Source of the DNA: Stylophora pistillata
Lineage: Eukaryota
DNA: 64,000 bases
Direction of reading: 5' to 3'
NCBI RefSeq assembly: GCF_002571385.2
Contig: NW_019218033.1
Location: 215,576-279,575, forward strand
Part shown: positions 23,958 through 38,900 of the stretch, one piece after another
Layout: every line of letters begins with the position of its first letter
Numbering within the stretch: position 1 is the first letter of the stretch
The notes under the pieces: generated by a model
Seen by the model: only the letters and a program-made list of their open reading frames with translations
Databases searched by the model: none
What the model was told of the DNA's origin: nothing
Position numbers and translations under genes: made by a program

Positions 23958-26900
23958 TCAGCAGAATTTGAAGCCACCGGGAGGGACGTTATCTTTAGCT
24001 TGAAACTCGAACTGGCCATCCACTTCTGTTGGAGCTAAATCTTCGTCACCGTTATCACCCTGTACATATAAAAACAGCAGCATCAACGATTTTGTACAAG
24101 TCGACAAACCACGCGCAGCCCAAAAACAGTACAAACAATGAAAGCGTAAAAAAACGCGTATAAAATGGGCGACACAAGCAGCCAGGCACTCTATTGACAA
24201 CGTGAGAGTAGGTAACTGGCAATGACAACTACAGATTAAGAAGAGATTCAAATCTGAGAATGGCTGAAGGTATACAAGTAACTCTTTTTTTTTTTTTTTA
24301 AATTACGGACAGTACTTTCCACTGTGTCTAATGTCTACACGGTTGTTTCACGGTGCTTTAACACCTTAGAAATTTACCGGAATGCCACCGGTATCGTCAT
24401 TGCTTATGCATAGCGAGTCGATTCAATCAGTAACAAGCTAGCAACCAAGGTCTAGAAGTCACAAGGCAAAACAATAAACCACATGCTGAGAACCACAGAG
24501 CAAATCAAATCTGACGCTATAAGCTTTACATTCAATCCGCGTTTGTTCTGCCAAGCGTGTTACAATAAGAGCTTCACTGAACCGCAAATACAGATCGAAA
24601 AATGCAAGAAATAAACGCAACTCCCACTTCCAGAGAATTTTTTTAAAATTTTCGGGACAACAGACTTTCCCGTTTAATGAATAGTCATTTGTGCTTAACT
24701 CAGTGTAATATCAAATTAACTATTCTTTGTGCCTAGTTTCGTGCATGAGTAACTCAATGTATGACAAAATAGCAGCTCGGCAGCCAAGCCTTTACCAGTT
24801 AACGGAAGTAAAAAGGACACTACTAGACTTGTAATCCCGCTGTATCAGGGTTTCAAGAGAGCTCTGCTTCAGTTTTAGACCTTTTTAAAACGATCAAGAC
24901 TGACAAATGACTATCACATGAGGGCATGATGAGCACCACTTTTCCTTTTCTACTGTTTTCACTGCCTAGTGACACTCATGCGAGAGGAACAAAGTCTGTA
25001 GCGAAAATTTACAAGGAGCAGGACACGTGTTACAAAAGTGGCGTCTGGTCAATTAGTGATACACCAGAACAATCCGAGTCTTATTAAAAAGACAGAGAAC
25101 ATAACATACCTCATTTGAAAAGTATTGATCTATTATTCCAAAAGCAAGTTTGTAGATTTCTTCATTTTCGTGTTGCTGGAGGAATTCAATCTTATCCAAA
25201 CCTGAAATAAGACAAATCAAAAGAATTTGAGGCCCTGCTTCGGTTTTCCGAGATAAGTCCGACTTCCAGGTAGGAACACTCGGTGGGCTAACATAGATAG
25301 TGCATGGCACCTCGCTTACTCAGCCCCTGTACTAACACCTACAGTGTTCATGGCACCTCGCTATCTTTGTCCCCGTGCCAAGATGTATAGTGCATGGCAC
25401 CTCGTTATCTTTGTCCCCGTGCCAACATGTATAGTGCATGGCACCTCGCTATCTTTGTCCCCGTGCCAACATGTATAGTGCATGGCACCTCGCTTACTCA
25501 GCCCCTGCACTAACACCTACAGTGTTCATGGCGCCTTGCTATCTTGTTCCCAGTGCCAACATGTACAGCGCAGGGCACCTCACTATCATCGCTCCTTTTC
25601 TGCCACGCTCTTGGTCGGTAAAGATAAGTGAAAAATTGGGGAGCGTGAATCGACAGAGTCATTGCTGTCCTTTTACCACACGTTCTTTCTCTCGCTCGCT
25701 TGCTTTTTCGCCTAGCCTCGCGAAACGAAGGAAACAAAGTCTTCAATCAAGACTACAGAGGGAGGGGTCTTTCTGAGGTATTAGTAATAATTTTCACAAT
25801 CACTTAACTACGTGAAAACGGTGGCTACTGTTCCGCGAAGCAGTGAATTATTTCGTGAGGACCTTTAATTTTATACCGCGAATTTAAGTAAAACTGAAGT
25901 ACGTATGCTCCTCAAAAGCTAACCGTTTACCTTCTTCCCAAACGGGACCTATCAAAAGGGATAGACAACTTTTGAGATCTGTAGCATTTAGCCACGTCTA
26001 CGAAACAAGATATTTTAAGTGACCTTGTGATCTAAGGACACAGGTTTAATCCATTTTGTCGACGAAATTCCGCCAAAGACCCAAACTGTTCCTAAATTCC
26101 TACTTAGAGTCCTTTAAGATCAAACCAATCAGACCCTGTTTCATTCTCTCGAAGTCACAACAAAAAGTGAAAATAGCAGGACTTTAAGTAATGCTTCATA
26201 AGTATATGCGCCACAATATTGCTCCTTTAAAGTATAAGTTCGTTGTTATGTCTTATTCCAGACAATGGATGCTAAGAAGTGTAGAGGAATTCCTTTCCTT
26301 GCGTCAGGGCCACAAATTGTGTTTAAAATCATTTCAGTACTTGGCCTCCACTGCCGATCAAGTTTGAATGTTAATAGCTGGAAAGTTGGGTAGATAACTT
26401 TTCATTCTTCCCACGTCAGAGGGACCAAAAATAAATCTGTAGTCATTACTTTTTTGACACGTCAACTGGGAAAATTATGAGAAATGTTTGGTAGACAGTA
26501 GGAAGAATTTACATTTAGATCAGTCTTAAAATTAAAAGAATTCATCATAAAATTACAAACCTTGACTCTTCCTTGAATTGTTGTTTGTTACTGTAATTTG
26601 TAACTACGCTTTACATAGATATACCAACCTCCTGCTTCTTCAATAATGGTTGCAATTGCGTCAGCCCTGTCCCCTGCCATCTGCAACAACGTGACAACAA
26701 ATTCAGTGCAAAGATTGCTCCGTACAAAACTCTTTTTTGACCTTGTCCTGCCAGTAGACGTGACCATGTATCCTGTATATCCTTTAACACGCAGGAAACG
26801 ATGACGGAAGAACGCAATTTCGTTTAACAAGAAAACGTTACTTAACATGTTAAAAGACCTTTTCATTTTAACATCCCACAAAGTTGGTTGTGACAGTCCG

Positions 26901-29900
26901 TTCTCGGAAACTGAATCAGCACGGTATAAAACGAAAAATCACGGTGAGTCTTAAGTCTAATACTTTGCGTCTGCTATGAAATGTGACAGAGAAAAGCTTC
27001 TCACCTTTAAGATATTATTTAGACCATCCAACACAATCTGAACGACCTAATATTATAAAGCGTGTCACCGTTAATACAATATTCGCGATCGGTAGTGCTA
27101 GTGAAACTTTCATTTGTCAGTACAGTTGCACAACTTTGAAAAAAAACCTCTTTTCTACATCGAAGGACCCTAAGGGTTAGTCGTGAAAAGAAAAGAAGAT
27201 TGAAGTCAGAAACGATGTGGCTGTCGAAAACAGCTTCCATTCAGCCTGGACCACCAGAAAGTACCTAATCATTTTGGAAAGTGTTGTTGTGTTGTGCAGG
27301 TTTTTAACAAACATAGCTGACAAAAGACTAGACTCCGTGGCGGCAACACCTAATTTTCTTTATCTTTAGGAGTTTGCATTGTTTTCAGTAGATTTTGGTG
27401 ATCTCCGATACTTTAAACGCGTTACTTCTCAGAACTGAGTCAGTTGAAATTTTTTACCCATTCTGAGCTAGCTACCTCGAGAGTCCTAGCGGACAAAAAG
27501 AATGTGCGCGAGCCTTGTGCACTAATCAGCGGACTTATTAAAAGCACGGAGTAAAGGAGCGAAGGAATGAATTTCACGTTTGTATGGCAAAGCATGCAGA
27601 CCTTTCGTCGTTAAGGACGGGCGCCAATAACATGTTTACCTCTCTTACCTGAGTATCCATGCAATCCAACAGCTTGCAGAATGGAGGAATCGCACCACAG
27701 TTTACAAGGACTGCTACCTATACTCAAACAAAACAGTACAAGACTCTCTTTTATTATCATGTGTTCTGATTGGCAACCCGAGCGGGCCCATATTGCCTGC
27801 TCGGGATTGCCAGGAAATGCTTTGACCCCACGCAAGGAAAGAAAACGAGATTTAATTACCTCTTCATTACACCTAATTTGAAATCGCAGAATTCAGTCGC
27901 TCAATAAAAGTATTTTTAGTCGGTACAAATATTTTATTGATCCTGTATATGGTTGAGATGGTTCGAAAAAAGTTGCATAATTGTCTCTCATTTTCCTGCA
28001 CTTTGATTGATTTCTTAAAAACAAGCCTTGAAATTTGATTAGTTGTTGTGTTTTAGTAAAGCTGTCTCTTTGGCAGGTAAAAAAGATGCGATTTAGAGCA
28101 TATAATGGTGCGATTTGTGAATAAATCGCACCAGTGAGAGCCAATCATATTGAAAGGATATCAAGTGATTTCACAATGGATGTAATGGGTGTGGAAATAT
28201 GTTACTGTCACGGATCACAAACATAAGCATCAGTACAGAGGCTTGGGGTACCTGTGCCATGGGCACAACAACTTCGCAAATTTGTAAAGGCAGTAAATGT
28301 TCACCTGCTGAGGGTTGCCGCTGACTGTAAAATTACTAATCGCCCATGCAGCCTCCTTCTGCGTCAGAAATTCGCCCTACAAATTCAAGGAAGAACGAGA
28401 AACTTGGATATCAATCGAATGAGTCAAGTTACTTCCACAAATCATCCTAAATAAATGAAATATGCGTGGAATGTAGAGAAAAAAAGATAAAAATTAATTT
28501 AAATTGCAGTTCTAGTTTTAAATGGCAGAGTCATTACATCTAGAACATCATAGTTACCGTTTCCAACGTTTGAATAATCAGTGGTACAAGCCCTGCATTA
28601 ATAATTTCCTGAAATTCACAAACAGCAAGTCGATTAAATAACTAAATATATAAATAATTTAGCAATGGCCATTCCACTGAGTGGCTCTTCTTGTCCACTG
28701 TTGGTTTTTGCGGAGGGATGAAGACCGGAGGTCCCGGAGAAAAACCCTCAGAGCAAGGACGACAACCAACAACAAACTCCACCCACGTGTGACGTCAGGT
28801 CCGGGAATCGCACACGGGCCACAGCGCCATCCCTGCTCCCCAAAAGTCACTAAAATACCAAATCAGTCAATGCAATGGAAAAAACGTTTTCCTGAACAAT
28901 AAAACATCGAACATTTCACATAAAACAATAAATTCTAACGGTGAAGTCTGATCGTCCGGGTGAGTGTAGTCCTAGGAAAGGCTGTTGTAGTAGTGGTGAC
29001 TAACGTTTCGACAACCTGAGCGGAAATCAATATCAGATTGATACAAGTCCGGTTCGCGTAAAGTGATTGGTCAGTTTACCTGTAATGTTAATGGCTACAA
29101 GACCCGAGTAGTGTAAGTCGGACTGATGTAAAATGTCATGGATAAGTCGTTTGTTGACATCTGTTGAGGGAAGTCTGTTCTAAGTTAATTGAATGGACTA
29201 GCTTTGCAGAGTTAGTCGTTGAAAAGAGGTAGTGCCGTAGGTTAGGCACTCGGCAGAGTCCTGGGCAATATCGTGGTTTGTAAGTCGATGATATTCCACA
29301 TTGTGAATGTTGACATCAACATATCTCGTTGCTCGCTTGTGTTCAGTCAGTGTTGTTGAGAGGTTTGTGCTACTCTCTCCGATGTAGGAGGCTTAGCAGT
29401 TAATCTTATAAACCGCTGCCTGTCTGTTCTTCGGTTCGCCCTGTATTTGACATTGGTCAGCTCCTGGCGCAGTGTAGTGATGGGTTTGTGAGCAACGCGG
29501 ATATTAGAGCGGGAGGGGTGTAGAATGCACGAGTTGCACTATCGCCTTTGTTTCAGTAATTATTGTGCGTCACCGACTTCTGCTCAGGTTGTCGAAACGT
29601 CAGTCATCTCTATCGACCACTATCCTTACCAGGACTAATCTCAACTGGATGATAAGACTACACGATCAAAATGTAACCCTGCGTTCAAACCATTTATTGC
29701 AATAAATCCTAAGAGGGCCTATACACCATACAATAAGTGCTAGTACAAAATATAAGACCTCACCCGCTGCCTGTTCAGTCTAGCAAATTTTCATCAACTT
29801 GTTTCGTCAAATTACCATCACGCTCAGTACACCTAACGTTCTTCCTTTCCACCCAGTCAAAAAAGGTCCAGTAACTCTGAAGTACCTTTTTTTTGTTGCC

Positions 29901-32900
29901 ACATCATCGAACACTGATTACTATATAAATCGTCGACTTAAGTTATCTACCTGAACTTGCGTCTGGTTACCAGCTGTTATGTTGGACAAAAACCAAACTG
30001 CCTCCTATTCAATACAACAAATGATCGCGAGGTTTGTTTAGATGAAAAAATTTAACCAAGGCTATGACTTTATAACAATGGCGCACATTTGTGAGAAATA
30101 GTTGTAAAGGTAACATAGCTTCATCTTATTGGTAGGTGGGGGGGGATCTCTAAAGTAATGTACCCTCGACTGCGTCTCTGGTTTTCATGTTTGATTTCCA
30201 ACCCAAAGAATCTGGACAAGGTTACGAAAACACAGAAAAAGTTCCTGTGGCTTAATTAAGTTAATCACAAGTTCCTACCAACAGTCTGTCTAGATTTGAT
30301 CCTTGGTTTTTATTAAAATATAGTTAATTTCTTTACAGATGATTCCAAGTAAACAAAAACTAATATCCGAAAGGAGTCAATTGTAAATTGAATACAATAT
30401 GCGTAATTTGACTATAGTTCAAATACGACTAGTTCAACGTTTTCAGACTAATTCATTAGTTCACCGTTTTCAGTCAGTGCACAAAAGCCATACCTCATGT
30501 ATACAGTATAAATGCTTTTCTGACCTTTTTCACTTTCTCCTTGTGGTGATTAAGTAACGCTGGGAAGTGGCTCAGGGCGTCATGGTTTAGGACAACCTAA
30601 CGAAGAAGAAAAAAAAGCGAGTATAAACAGTTGCCTTCACTGAGCGCAAATAGCCTCAGACGTATGTGCACGAACATTATTTGTCCGAGAAGCGAACTGT
30701 CTCGAGAGCGAAGGAAAAGGAGATAAAACAGCTTGGAGAAACAGATCAAAAACAGATCATACGAAACCATTTTCGAACCAAATAGATGCCACTATGTTTT
30801 CTATCCTTCAAACACTTACCTTGCTTAGATGGTGATGTTTTGGTCGTCCGTTTCATAGCTCCGCTACTTGACGCTCTTTGAGCAATAACTTAAAGGAAAA
30901 GCTTTTTGTGTTCTTTCGTAGAACTCAAACACCAGGGTTTGCAAATTGAGGAATGTCATCAAACGAATATCAATTAGGGCATTTCAGTCGCGTAATCCGA
31001 TGAAAAAATCAGGCGCCACAATAAATATGTAATGCATTACATAAATGGTGCATAGGTCTAAGATGTTTCTACGAACAACTTACTTGGGTCTGATCATCGG
31101 TTCCAGTGACGATATTTCCCACTGCTCGTAATGCTGCAGTCTGGGAATACAGAGAGCGGACAGGCTCAGCGAAACACTTAAGCTTTATTAGCATTCACTT
31201 CGACAGCAAATTAAAGCAAACGACACAAATGCTGGTTTTTTTTTTGGTTTTTTTTTTTTAATTTTCTTAAAATAAATATGTTTTAGTATTTATTTGCTGC
31301 AAGGTGAGGCTTGAGCTCTCGCCCGTAATTTTCTTCGCTTTTAAGTTAACGGTTGATGACGTTCTACCGTACCTGCAGTTTAATTTCCCCGTGGCTTAAC
31401 AGAGGTATAAGGGATGGAACAACTCCATTGTCAATAACTTCCTAAAAGTTAACCAAAAACAGTTAATCCTTATGTCAAACTAAATTGCGCTTCTCACACC
31501 TTCCCAAAATATAGTCGGAAAGAAATGCTTTCTACTTGTGGAAACCTCAAACGTTTTCGGCAATAAATGCTTCCGTAAATCTGATAATTTACCAGGAGGG
31601 GAAAGGGCGTGCGTTTATACCTTTGAGAAGACTGAGAGCGTCGATTTTGACCTGCACTGAACCCTGCACTACCTTTAGGGTAAGAAAAGATCCGTGCTTA
31701 CGAGAGGAAACTCCTAACTGTTTATTAATGATATATAAACCGCGATTATGTAGGTCGAGAATGAGTGGAAACGAAAACTGACGTGTAACCAATGCACCAT
31801 TCAAATGTGCTTTTCTAATTCCGTTGCTCATGACACAAACCTAGGTCTACAACTGATTTACTTACTGTTTTTTTTTTTTTTAATTATATTTACTTTCACT
31901 ATTACTTTTTGTCGGTAGAAATGTAATCATTTCCATAAAGTTGATTACGTTCACCTGAATTTGGTGATTACCGCCATCTGTGAGATAAGACAATGCCCAG
32001 ACTGTGTCAACTAAGATCTGAAATATTATTGAGCAGAAAAGGTCAGAAAAAGTTGTGACATCCATTGGCGCAACTTAATTACAGCCCAACTATAAACTAA
32101 AATGATAAATGCCAAAACCTGCTTTAAGCACAAAACCCTCGTTATCATTGACGACTGCCTGGTAGGAAAAGACTAGTAAAGCATCCTATGCTTAATCAAA
32201 GTCGACCATCAAAATCCTAGCTACGGTGGAGAATGGCATTGAAAGTGATTTTGTCACGAGATGTTGATATCTACAGAATAAAGCACCAAGCGAGTTGCAA
32301 CTTAAATATCTTGATTCCACCCTAAAACAAAACTGAACAAAACTGGCAGGCAATTGAGGCATTTCAGCGGACTATTTTCATAATTAGCCTTTAATTCCCA
32401 AGATGTGGTTGTTAATTGTAGCTGTCAAATAGCTCTGCTGCAAAGCTTACATCTTCATCACTTCTGGGAGTTTAAGGGTTAAGTTATGAAGTGATTCTAA
32501 CAAGAACTTCCCAAGGAGAGGAGCTGCCGAATTTTCAATATTTACTCACATTTAAATCTGGGTGATGAATGAGGAGAGCTAGAGCAGGAAGAACCTACAA
32601 AACAAGCACAACAGTTCATGTTGGGTAGTACAGTCAAGTTAATACAAAAAAGGGTTACCTATAAAGGCATTGAATAAAATCATAAGCGAGCTGGGAGACT
32701 GCAACGCAACTTGACGTCACATGAATCCGTTTAAATTGGAATTTTAAGTGAGTTACACTGAACAAAACCATCCTACAGGATGGTTTTCTTTCCACTGCAC
32801 AGGATAAGTTACCTCTTGAATTGTTTCCATTGGGGGTGGTGGTTCTTTGTTCCTACACAGATTAACAATCACCCATGTAACATTTCTCAAGAAACTGATC

Positions 32901-35900
32901 TGTAAATTTTAAAGAAAATATAAAATCATAAGAAAAACAAGGCACGTGGAGCTCCATGCAGATAAAAAAAACTACTACCACATTCCTTTGAATTTTTTTA
33001 AAATGTAAAGTAAAGTTGTTGACACATCAAAATGTAATAAGAACTAAATTTCACTTTAATGGCCAAATGTTGTTGCATCTTTTGAAACATTTAAAACTTA
33101 CAGGAACATTTGGGTTAACAAACTTCAGCAGTGGTGCCACTACTCCATGTTGAATGACAAAATCTCTTAAAGTAGGACCATCACCTGGAATTTAAAAAAA
33201 AAAAACATGTTAAATCAAAGGAACAAAGTGTATCAATTTATGTTCCAGTTGAACTTTTTCGTTGGTTTCCATTTCTCTTCCAAACAAGTTTATTTTTTTT
33301 AATTTTCTCATGTCTCAAAAATTATAATAGCACATGCAATATATGGCAAGAACCATTCATAATCCATTGATAATCCATTGATAATCCTTTCATGTGATCC
33401 TTAAAAGAAAGTAATTACTTTTAAGCTATATCAGTGATTGGAAAAACCATCAGAAGCATTCAGTGTTCTGACCAAAGTTTGTCTCAGTTAGTCTCAGGTA
33501 ACTTGGGGGATGTTAACTCAAACTCTTTCTGCTACATTTTCAACGATTGTTTTTGCCAACATTTGAGCTGTAATAACACACTTTGGATGTTATGAGAACA
33601 TGAGGAAGGGTTGTAAATCATACGCCCAAGGCCAGTAATTTACAAAGTGGGTTAATACGCCAGCAAACAGATAGAAAGTGTGGTTGATTACGTTTTACAT
33701 AAAATATACTGAGAACAGAACCTAATAAATTATATGATTTTCAATGGGTTTATTAGCACAAGAAGCAATAAGTTTTTTCATTGGTTTCCATTTTCCCGTT
33801 TTAAGGGAATTGTTAAGCCCAGTAGAGCTGGAGTTATCGATTTTTTGAGAAATCAGCAATTCAACATGGCATTGAATGATCGCTCACACAAAATGTGGCC
33901 ACAAATTCACATTCTATTGAGTATAAAACGTTATGAAGTCTACAGCCTTTTTGTGCCCTAACTCTTACCGATAATGTTCCCTAGAGCCCAAACTGCTTGC
34001 TCACACACATTCTGATGTGGTGAACCAAGTAACTTCATGAAGTACTTTACAGCATCTAAAACAAGTGATTTACAAAACTGTCACTTTCAATCATTACATT
34101 TATCTTCAAATAGTTTGGTTAGGTTAAGTTAGGTTGGGTTAGGTTTCTCAAAAGGAATTAAACAGTACAAATAAGTTACACTTCATAAATTGCATCCAGT
34201 GTCCAGAAGTTTCACCTCAAATGCAATCATTGTTTTCTTAACAAAAATCCTCACACCCTCTTGAATAATGTAAAGAGCACACTATACAACTCCAATGCTG
34301 TGTAGTTATTCTTTCTTACCTTACAATGACAGGGTCCAGAATATAAATTAGACCCACAATGTATATGATACCGCAATTTCTGGCTGTTTACCTGCAGGTA
34401 ATCTGTTGATTTTGCCTTAAACGTGTGTCACTGCGGGTAATAGGGAGGTGCGGGTTACGTGACAATTTTGAAATCTACTGTTAGTGGAATTGAAAAAATT
34501 CTCACCTACCTGCATTTCCACCTCTCAAATGAATTGTATTGAATTAAGAGTGCCACAAAGCGGCACGAAGACACGATGCAGACTTGAGTTTATTTCATGC
34601 ACAATAAGTTGTGCGACGAACAAATTTTTATCAACACACGTGCAAACAAAACCTGGATGGTGACAAAAATAATCCAAGGGTATCCGACGCACCAGTAACA
34701 AATTTCCAGTTAACACTAGCTTGAGCTGAAGAGAATTTTCCCGTTTTAAGGGAATTGTTAAGCCCAGTAGAGCTGGAGTTATTGATTTTTTTGAGAAATC
34801 AGCAATTCAACATGGCATTGAATGATCGCTCACACAAAATGTGGCCACAAATTCTCATTCTATTGAGTATAAAACGTTTTGGAGTCTACAGCCTTTTTGT
34901 ACAAATTTTCTTTGCTTTTAAGGTGTGGGTTGTCCACCAGTGCGGGTAATCTGTTTACTTTTTTTCTCACCATATGCAATAATCAGTGGGTGCGAGATAT
35001 CGGCCAGGGATTACAGTAATAGCCCCACTATGCATTAAGCAATAACTGCAACTGAGCCTCCACATATTTTAACCTACATGCATTTCTTAACATTTTCAGT
35101 TTTACCAAGTAAGCAGCCAGCTTATCTCCTAATTAAAGTTTAACAAACTTGAATGAATGTCTACTACTGTTCATACTCACCAGCTTTGACTACAGCCTTG
35201 GTTTGTTCTGATGTACCTGATGCTATGTTGGTTAAAGCCCATGCTGCTTCAAACTGAAGAGAAGGACTGCAAAGTGAAAAAAGGGGAGAAGGAAATCAAC
35301 CACAGGGGTTTCAGTGACTTTTTTACCCAGGGGCTTCCAACTGACGAACAGATAGCTGTGACCTTGACATGGGCTTTACAAACCTTAACAAAACAGAATC
35401 AAAACAGACAAAGGCAAAAATTCTTTAGGCCAAGGCAGACTGCAGCTAAATCATTGAAACCTCTAATAACAATCATAAAATTACGTATTACTAAACAAGT
35501 GATAAACTTCCCAATACCACAAAAATCAAATGTGCCCTTATTATTATAAGCATTTAAAAGTACACATATATTATTTATTTTGTTGTAGTAAAAAGGGAAT
35601 GGTATAGAACACTGACAGTGTCATTTAATTTAAAGATTAATAATACTGTACTGTTGATACATCCATAACTGTATCCGACTGTGTGTAGAAGTTAACCAAA
35701 TAAAGCTGAGCACTCTAAGGCTGGCATACAGCACAGTGTCACATCCAAACCCATGAATAAAAGTTTCTTTTTTTTTTTTCAAAAAAACATCGAGAACCTG
35801 ATTCAGAAAATAGGGAGTCTAATTTCACAGTAAATACGATTTATTTAAGAACCTTCCGAGGTTAACTTGAAAAAATCTAGGTTCTTGTGTGGTTTTTTTT

Positions 35901-38900
35901 TTTTTTTTTTACTACATTGTGCTATTTTACCATAATAGTGCAATGTAATGCACAAAATATGCAACAGTATTACACTGTTGAACAGGGAAACAATCCAAAT
36001 TTTGATTTTTTTCCTACTTTTTAGGCTGGACATTTTAAGCAGAGAACTTTTAGAATAATTATTTGTTGGTCATTAAGAACACTTATATAATGCTCAGATA
36101 AGGCCACAACTTATGTATTTCTAAAACTACTACCCAAAACTACATTATGTATTAAAAATGAAATGGGGGGGGGGGGGGATGGTAAATCCCTTGTATTACT
36201 TGATGATTTAACACATGTTAAGTTTTTTTTTTTAATAAATATAAATAACTTACTTGTCGTCTCTTTCGAGGCATTTTACAAGAACTGGAAGAATGCCAGA
36301 CCTAAATGTAGAGTGTAGAAATGAAAATGAAATGAGCATTTGACACATTTTAAATACTGGTAAAGTATTTATCCAGTGGGATTACATCACTCCGTAAAAC
36401 TAGTAATTACTCACCGAAGGAAAATTTGTGCCCACTTTGTCAGCATACCATTCAACCTTCGCTAAAACATCCAGTGTGCAGACCATATTTTCACTCTTCT
36501 TTCGTAAATAAAACCATCTATCCTACTGGTGATAGCTTCTAACTACCGGAGCATGTCCCAACCCACACTAATGTGAGTATACCCGAGTTACAATTACCTT
36601 TCAATATCTGAAGGCTAATATTCATTTATACTGCTTTGCTGCCCCTTGTACAAGTAGGTAAATCTACCTGCTACGATGTACTTAAGTACTATTAACAACC
36701 TAACCACTGACAATTTAATCCTATGAATTTCACTGACAATTTAATCCTATGAATTATGTTTGTAATTTCCAATTACCAACATAATTTGCCTTCACAAACA
36801 GTTGGTGTCCATTTTTACAAACATAATGGAAGAGGAGAAGGCATTTTACATCCAAATACAGTAAAAATAACATTTCCTGTTTCCAGTGTTGTCCTTGATC
36901 ACAAGTTAACAAACCAACACTATTTGTTTAGACAGAGGACAGGATCTCCGAGTCATGTCATTTTAACACATGTAAACAAGTGGTTATCCTAATCAATACC
37001 AACAGAATGTGCCCACTATATTATGGAAACAATTCAACTTGTCAAACATGGAACATACATTATAATAATTTTCCTACCCTTGAATTTTCAGGTTTTAATA
37101 ATAACAAAAACTAACACCTTTAAACTTACTCTATCAGTTCATCAATAGGAGGATTGCGATCCTTAGAAAGTAGTTTCCTAATGAAAAATTTGGAAAGGTA
37201 TTTATACAAAGCATATATATACCGGTTTCCAAAGCAAGAAATCATCATCCAAAGCTTAAAAATACCAGCTACACAACACAGTCTTCTGGAACATTGGAGG
37301 CAGACATAAACATACTAATTCAAAGAAATAACAACAGCCCTCAATGCAACCAATCATTTTGTTGGCGGCAATAGATTTAAAAAATCTCCCAGATTCTGCC
37401 AACTCAAACTCAAAATTATATTAAACCCATTTGAAGCTCACAGTATCAGGGCTTGACACTAACTTTTCAAGTTACTAGCCAAGCGGCTAGTAACAACTTA
37501 GATGATACAACAGATAGATAGACGTTTATGATAGATAGATAGACGTTTATTGAGAAGAATACCTTAATAGCAGCTGGAAGCTGAATTGCAAAGGTGTACA
37601 AATTATGTAATAGAACTATACAATAAAATCAAACCTAAAAGGGAACTAATTTACATATACAATTGTAATAAATGTTAGTTAAAAATTAATGTCTTGCGCT
37701 TGCCGGAATGAAAGTATCTCTGAACCGATTTGTTTTAAAGGAAACTCTAAATGGTCTGCAACAATTTCAGTTTGTTTACTTAGCCAAACTGGCTAGTGGA
37801 AATCGAAAATCACTAGCCAAAACTGAATTTCTACTAGTCTGTGGCTAATTGGCTGCTGTAAAAGTCAAGCGCTAAGTATTTTAAATTTCACAGGCTGCCC
37901 TTGAAATCAAAGTTGCTGGAACCTCTACAAGAAACAACACACTATATGAAATACATACCTAGCTGCTTGTACAGCACCAAGTTGCTCTTTGGGGTCTTGA
38001 CTACTTGCATTCTAGACAAGATAAAGTACACACAAACATTATTATACAACAAAGTTATAGTGTTTGTTTAACAAAGAAATGTAAGTCACTTGATAAACAT
38101 GTGGTAGTAGAAAGGTTAAGGGGAACTCCAGACTATATGAATGAGGCAAACCAATTACATGGTGAAGTAAAGCAAAATCAAACCAATCACACATTGCTTT
38201 CCACACCTTATTGAAAATTGTTCTGATGACCACAAATAAACCATGAACACTACTTTTTTAGCAAATATTAAGCCAAAAGTAATAATCAACAAGCAAGCCT
38301 CGCACTGAAGTACATGTACATTACATTACTTTTGTATCTGGCAAGCAACAAAAACTTACCACAACAATACTCTGTAGACTCTTTCCCTATTAAAACAAAA
38401 GATATATATATTGGAAAGACAGACAGACGGATGGATACATGGAAGGATGGAGGGATGAAAAAATGAATGGATGCATGGATACATGTGTGAAAGGATGGAT
38501 AAAGGATTGAAAGGATATCAGGATGGAAGGATATCAGGACGGGAGGATATCAGGATGGGAGGATATCAGGACGGAAGGATATCAGGACGGAAGGATCTCA
38601 GGACGGGAGGATATCACGATGGAAGGATATCAGGATGGGAGGATATCCGGATGGGAGGATATCAGGATGGGAGGATATCAGGATGGGGATATCAGGACGG
38701 AAGAATATTAGGACGGAAGGATATCAGGATGGAAGGATATCAGGATGGAAGGATATCAGGATGGGAGCATATCAGAATGGAAGGATATCAGGATGGGAGG
38801 ATATCAGGATGGGAGGATATCAGGATGGGAGGATATCACGATGGAAGGATATCATGACGGGAGGATATCAGGACGGGAGGATATCACGATGGAAGGATAT

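Noticed and set aside
25298-25582. CRISPR-like repeat-spacer array
   Set aside because: The spacers are only two recurring sequences, there are no cas genes, and it sits in a eukaryotic intron.
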